Assembly (NCBI GenBank): GCA_001600815.1
Contig: BCKZ01000009.1
Location: 150,194-214,193, forward strand
Direction: 5' to 3'
DNA from: Alloascoidea hylecoeti
Lineage: Eukaryota
Length of the DNA stretch: 64,000 bases
In this document: piece after piece, positions 57,980 to 64,000 of the stretch
Position numbering within the stretch: the stretch's first letter is position 1
Layout: each line of letters begins with the position of its first letter
Notes under the pieces: model-generated
Seen by the model: only the letters and a program-made list of their open reading frames with translations
The model's database searches: none
Told to the model about the DNA's origin: nothing
Program-made: the position numbers and the translations under genes

Positions 57980-60900
57980 ATGTCTTCTGCTGTCGAGATC
58001 AACAGAATTATTTGTAAGTAGGATTTGCTCTGAATCTCTTCTTTCAACTTCGAACTAATTAATATCTCAAGCTAATCTTACATCATCGAGGATAAAGGAT
58101 CGAAATGAAGCCCTCAATGAATTGTCCAGTATAGCGAATAACATCTCTCTCGTATCATCGTGGAAAGAAAAAATGCATACCCGTATCATAGAAGGATTAC
58201 TGTCTTCAATTGGAATCGATAAACGATTATTCTCGAAACCAAAACAGGTATCTGCTATCTCTCAGAGAATGTCACAAGCGTCTTTTTTAATTCGTTCATT
58301 GGTTGAAAAGGCATTACAATTAAGGAAATTCAAGTATAAAAGTGTGGAAAATTTGCTTCTCGGTATGATCAATGCTGTGTCAGATAGCAAAACATCTGAA
58401 AATGGTCTTTGCACACCAATAGCTATTGATTTCCTTAAAGTTATTCGTATAATCGTGGAAACTGAAGCGCATTTAGATCATATCTCTCCCAAATTATGGG
58501 GGAGATTAGTTAATTTTATCATACATACTGTTGAATTACATATAACAGAATTATCAAAAGTATCTTTCAATTCCTCCTCTTCAACATATTCATTTTCATC
58601 AGCCGAAGTTAAGAGTGAACAGTCATCTTCACTTTTTGGCCTTAACAGTGGAACCACCTTCACATCATCCCAAAGAAATGATAAGATCTCAAATTTTGAA
58701 ATTGTCGAACTACTTTATATTTTACGACAATTAATAAGTAAACCAAAAGGACCGTTTAATGATTTTTCAACCGATATTTGGGTGCTTCTGAAAAGTTTAC
58801 TCAATAATTCAAAAGAATCGTCAATTAGTGTCCCAGTCATATATTCATTGTATTACTTGTTATATAACCTATCTTTAGAAGACATTGAATTAAATCATAT
58901 TTTAGTTATAGAAACTGTCAAATGGATCACGGAAAATTGGACAACTAGAAATAAAACATTGAAAGATATTTATTTACAATTTCTAATCATTGGAATGCCT
59001 TTCTTTAGCATCTCCCAGTTCCCCAAATTAACAGAAAATTATTCATTTGGAGAGGAAATTGAAATACTCACTGACTTAATTAGAGCTCTAATAAAAGATC
59101 TAATGACCATGAACTCGAAAGAGATGATAAATATTGAAAATTTGCAGTTCCATTATGATTCAAATATTGAACACAATCATAATTTCTTTAGGCTACCTTC
59201 ATGTCAATTGCAAAGTGGAAACAAGCAAACATTTGCAAAATTATCACTGGCACAAATAATAATTAGATTATACTTCACCCTAAAGAAGTTGGCTTATAAA
59301 GCAGAAAATATAAATGATGAAGAAGACCATTCACTCAGACCAGATAAAAAACGTCGCCTAGATGATTCAAAGGACTATATTAATATTATCTTTCGTTCAG
59401 AGTCACCAATATCTTTATTTTCTCAGGCTGTTGTTAATCCAGATCCTAAGTTCAGAAGCCTGTTTTTACAGATACTAGCGTTTGATATTCAATTAGAAAG
59501 TTATCAATCTAACGAACTCGAACTTCTTAAGGCTCTGAAATATGGCATGGAAATGGATGAATACAACTCTCAGTGGTCGTTATTCGTTATCACATGCCTT
59601 ATAATAGGAACAAACTCGGACAAATGTTTGAAACAACAAGAATTTGTTCCTTACCTAACATCGATAGTTAAGTTTGCAATTCCACATTTGAAGAACAATT
59701 TTCACTGTAAAATCAGTTGTTTTACTATTATCAACATCTTACGTTCCCCTATAGCACATTTAGGCTCTTTGCTACCGTCAATTGACCATATTTTAGACAT
59801 CCCCGAAGTTAATGGTCCTTCCATAATCTGTAATGATTCCTTCCAATTTTGGAAAGTCTTGGTTGGTGTCAGTGGTCTGCCAATTGTAAAATTAAAAAGA
59901 ACTAGTAAAAAGCTATTCAATTGGTTGTATTCTAAATGGCAACAACTTGAGTCTAAAAATGTCAACAATGAATTTGATATTGAACATTTCATTAATTTTT
60001 GGTCATGGCTATCTAATAGCAGCAAAAACCAGGTATTAGTTTCTGGTAGCCCATTTAGATTAGAAAAAAATGTTAATGGATTTTCTTGTTTTCAACCCGC
60101 ATTTTTATTCACCAAAGATGGAGAACCATGCCTTTCTTATTTACTCTTGAAACCGGATATTGAAGGTTTTACGGTAAGATCAGTAAATGAAGTTGTTTTA
60201 CCAACTAATTATGTCAACTATGAGGATATCAAAGAGTTTAAAATGAAGGTAATAGAATCAGCCGAAAAAGTGGCGCTTGATGCCAGAGCTGAAACTGAAA
60301 CTGATATTGACAGCTCTAAGAAGTCCATCAACTTAAATTTATTAAGATGGGCCATTTTGTGCGCTTATATTGCTAATGAGTTTGATGCGTTAACCTCATC
60401 TCAGATAGGCGTGCCCTCTAAAATCAATGATGTCCACTATACTTCTTTATACTCTCAATCAGAAATATTATTTTGTTTGTATCTGAAGAGATTTCCACCC
60501 ACTACAGCTGAAACGAGTAGTTCGTTAGAGGAAGAAATAAATCTTCTTATATCATTATACAGGATTAATATCTACAATACTGATAAATTCACAGGTGTTG
60601 TCGGAAATTTAAAGAAAGTAATTGAATGTGCAACTAAATTAATAAAAAAAACCAAGTCATCACAGAAAGATCTTGAAGTTGACGATGGATTTGGCACCGT
60701 TAGAAAAACTGCTAAAGTGGCTTCTATAAAAATGGCAAATTGTTATTTATCTTCAGTATCTATGATGAATACAACACTTCTTCACACAATATTTAAATCC
60801 ATAATATCGGTACACTTGATCTTAGACAAGAAAAACTATAATAATGCTATTCGGGGTCTTATTCAGTTTATAAATGTATTAGAACCCAATCAATTTATTA

Positions 60901-63900
60901 TGATATTACCTCAATTTATTCAATTCCTCTCTAAAGTAGATATGAAAACGATTTACACCTCTATTATCGGGGAAATCATTCGATTAGTCGGAAGTCATTT
61001 ACTAGCTGATTATGATTGGGAAAGATCAGTTATTTCAATGACAGAATGTGCCCAACTCCTTTCTATATTATCACCAGTATGGCTAAATAACACTTATGAC
61101 CTGATTCAAAAAGACGCTTTAGACGTTTGTAGTTGGCTTATATCTTTATTTAAGAAAGATTTAATCCAGTCCGACTTTTATTTTATGAAGTCGTTTGTAC
61201 ATTTATTACTACAACTTATGAATAAATTTGATAGGAAAGATATAGAGGACCTTACTGTTAATGATATAACAACCCAGTTTCATAATATTTTGTCATCGGC
61301 GACTAATATGCTACTTTTTGATATTTCTAACAATACCGATGATCTTTTTGATAACATAGAACCTTCTAACCATTTAAAAATTTATGAGGGAGTAAGAGGG
61401 GAACTTCGATTAAGCTTACCACAATCTGAAGTTCCCGCCATTGGTTGTTATTTTCTTGCGAATATTGGTGCATCTTCTTATTCAAACATGGTGAAATGTT
61501 TTTTTGATTTGTTAGAATCAGCAAGGGAACCCAACATAAAGCCATATTCAAGAACTTGTATTGATATTATTGGGAAATCTCTAGATAAAGATATGAAAAG
61601 CCCGCAGCTTTTTCCCCGATATTCAATTGAGGTTCTATCACTGTGGGTTTTAAATTTCATACCTATTTCAGAATTCCCATTCGATTTGGTTATTGAAGAA
61701 AATGAAAATTCTATTGACTATTTCTACAAATTATACGGAGAAGATTGTGTATCTCTTGCAATAACAAATCAAGAAGAAAAATTGATCCTATCAATTGCTA
61801 AATCAAGAAAAATCACGGTTACTCAATTGATCTTGAAACATTTTCCAATAATTGTAGCTATTGGATTAGCAATAAATGAAAAAATATCCTTCGATATAAT
61901 ACGCTATTTGAAAAACACATTAGGCGAGGGTTTATACGTACAGAGTATAAAAGATAATTGGAATATGATATTCTACAGACTTATTAGCTATTCCGATTTA
62001 TCGTCAATTGGTGTTATTTTAACCCATGTTATGTCACTTTCTGAAGATATGTACCAACATTTATCAGCTATGGGAATGAATGAATTTCTTGAAAATTTAA
62101 ATCCTCCTTTTAATCCTACAATAAATTTCAGCAAATTAACCATGTCGCTTTTTAATTTCTATAGTGACCCACCTGCAAATTGGACCCAACTTTTAGAGGG
62201 GGCTCAATCGCTTTTTATTTGTAAAAAGATTCTAAAGGATATTCAAACTTCAAGCCATACAAGTGAGATGATCATGAATATCAGAAGACTAAAGCTAACC
62301 ATTTCACTTTCTACCGAAACCTTTACTTCTGGTTTCTCTCTTGTCTCAATAATTGATTGTATTGTGCCATTCTTAATTCCTGAACTAAGTGAAGAAGTAT
62401 CTCCTTTGTTAGTTTACCTTCTTCAAGGAGGTGATATGTATCTTCGGTCTGACTCAATAATATACATTCGAACTTTTGTGGCCATCCATCACAGAATCAT
62501 TCTCTTTCCATCAGATGAAATGTTGGGCCAAAGTAAATATAAAAGTTTACTGTCGTGGATGAAAGAGAGTTTGGAATCAATTATGGCTTCCAAATCTATC
62601 AGTAAATCGTTTATATCATCTAGAAGATTATTGGAAACACTATCGGATTCTATTCTAGAAAGAAATGGGATTTCATTAGAGCAAAAGGATGTCGAACAAA
62701 TATTATTAAATAAAGATAAAATATATGATAGCAGTTGCTATGAATCGCTCATTAAGATTCTATCTTATTATTTAGAGACGTATCCAGAGTTTGAGAAGGA
62801 TTTAAATAATTGTATTAAGCCCAAGAAGGAGGTATGTCAAACTCTACTTCGATTGGATATAAAACATTTAAAAGGAATCTCAGTTTGGAAATTAAGATAT
62901 ATTGGGAGTTATTATTCGTTGTATGGGCCTATAACGTTTGAACCAAAGAAAGAATGGGAATACAATCCGGTTACTAATTATACTTCAAATTCAAAAAAAG
63001 TGTCCAGATATACCCCCATGATCAAAGTATTCGAAGAAATCGAGAAATTTCTACACACCTCAGATTCAATAATTGCTTCCGAAGTATATTCGGCAATTTC
63101 GTGTTTATTTACTGTTCTGCCAGAACTAGGAAACGATATATCTAATACTGTTAAAGTACCTTTTGGGGAAGATATATTGAATAGTTTATGTCATTTTAAA
63201 GATACATCACTTATATTTCCAGTATCTCAAGCAAATGGGTTTTTACGAGGATTCATGGATAATAAAGATACCCCAAATTTGATCGATGACGAATGGCTAT
63301 ACCAATTATGTGCTGCTTTGGTTGGTGAGCTGGCTCAAGTATTTCCCCCATTTGGTTACCTTTCAGGTATATTAAGGTCAATAGTTAGGTTGAAAGAAGT
63401 CATATTTCCCTACATTTGTTACTCATATTTCAGCATTGTTAGCGGAGAACACGATGAACTTGGAGAAATATTTCGACAATCTTTGGCAACCCCTAAAAGA
63501 AAAGCAATACACCGTATTCTGTTACAGGCATATCTTCTTTTAAATTCCGAATCTTCTCATTACCTTAACATCACTCAAGAAGAAAGATGGATGGATATTG
63601 ACGTGAGTGATACTTTTGAATATATGCTAAACGCACACATGCCATTAACCGCATTGATACTGTTTGAATATGAATATTGTGGAAAAGACAATAATGCTAT
63701 GAATGATGATTCCATCGTATCAACTTTGAAGTCAATATATAGTCAAATTAGAGACCCTGATGTGATTTATGGCCTCCCAGTAGTCCCATCATTATTAAAT
63801 ACTCTTCAAATGCCGGACTATGCTAAAAGAGGCTCTAATAGAAAATTGATGTTTGAACTTTCTAATTTTGATTCATCAATTTTTTCGAAAAATAATTATA

Positions 63901-64000
63901 GTGACGAGCTTCTAAAGTCACTAGCTGATTCAGGAATGAGTAGAGTATCCATGGCTCTATCAGAATCAGAACTGTTTTATTCCTCTGAAGGATCACAAAC
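57980..64000 (+). CDS. TEL1: ATM/TEL1 PIKK kinase, 5' part (continues past the window); exons 57980-58013 and 58072->64000
   Basis: TAN motif LTSSRIKDRNEALNEL right after a short first exon. The same frame reads open at the window end and the ORF track lists no closed + ORF here. Helical-repeat-like composition. Confidence 0.88.

Overview
Eukaryotic DNA from an AT-rich, fairly intron-rich budding yeast (Saccharomycotina-like). The code appears standard, since CTG aligns to conserved Leu in TVP23 and PET100. The window holds about 27 protein-coding genes, many spliced and so only partly captured by the ORF track: an OSBP/OSH 3' end, an SLC35F/DMT transporter, KRE6, UBP3, CLG1-like cyclin, stand-alone MoaC, a YER152C-like aminotransferase, OXA1, BEM2, PET100, TVP23, VPS41, COG3, PTM1, SRP21, SSH4/EAR1, MDM31/32, URA6, an SDR, PAN3, GPA1, an SLX8-like RING protein, RPL23, TEL1 (runs off the end), and three orphan genes. 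Most notable observations: (1) an unannotated dispersed intergenic element built from ~23-nt TCGGCCA sub-repeats, present as a full inverted-repeat pair at 52.0-52.2 kb and as solo arms at 14.0, 39.8 and 45.6 kb; (2) a hidden alternative first exon with a GC-AG (GCATGT) donor inside URA6 intron 1, predicting mitochondrial and cytosolic isoforms, with the same donor after an ATG-only exon in TVP23; (3) a tandem-repeat ORF interrupted by one CAG>TAG; (4) sharp GC-rich islands at divergent promoters. All gene names come from my recognition of protein motifs and all splice models were read by eye; no database searches were run.
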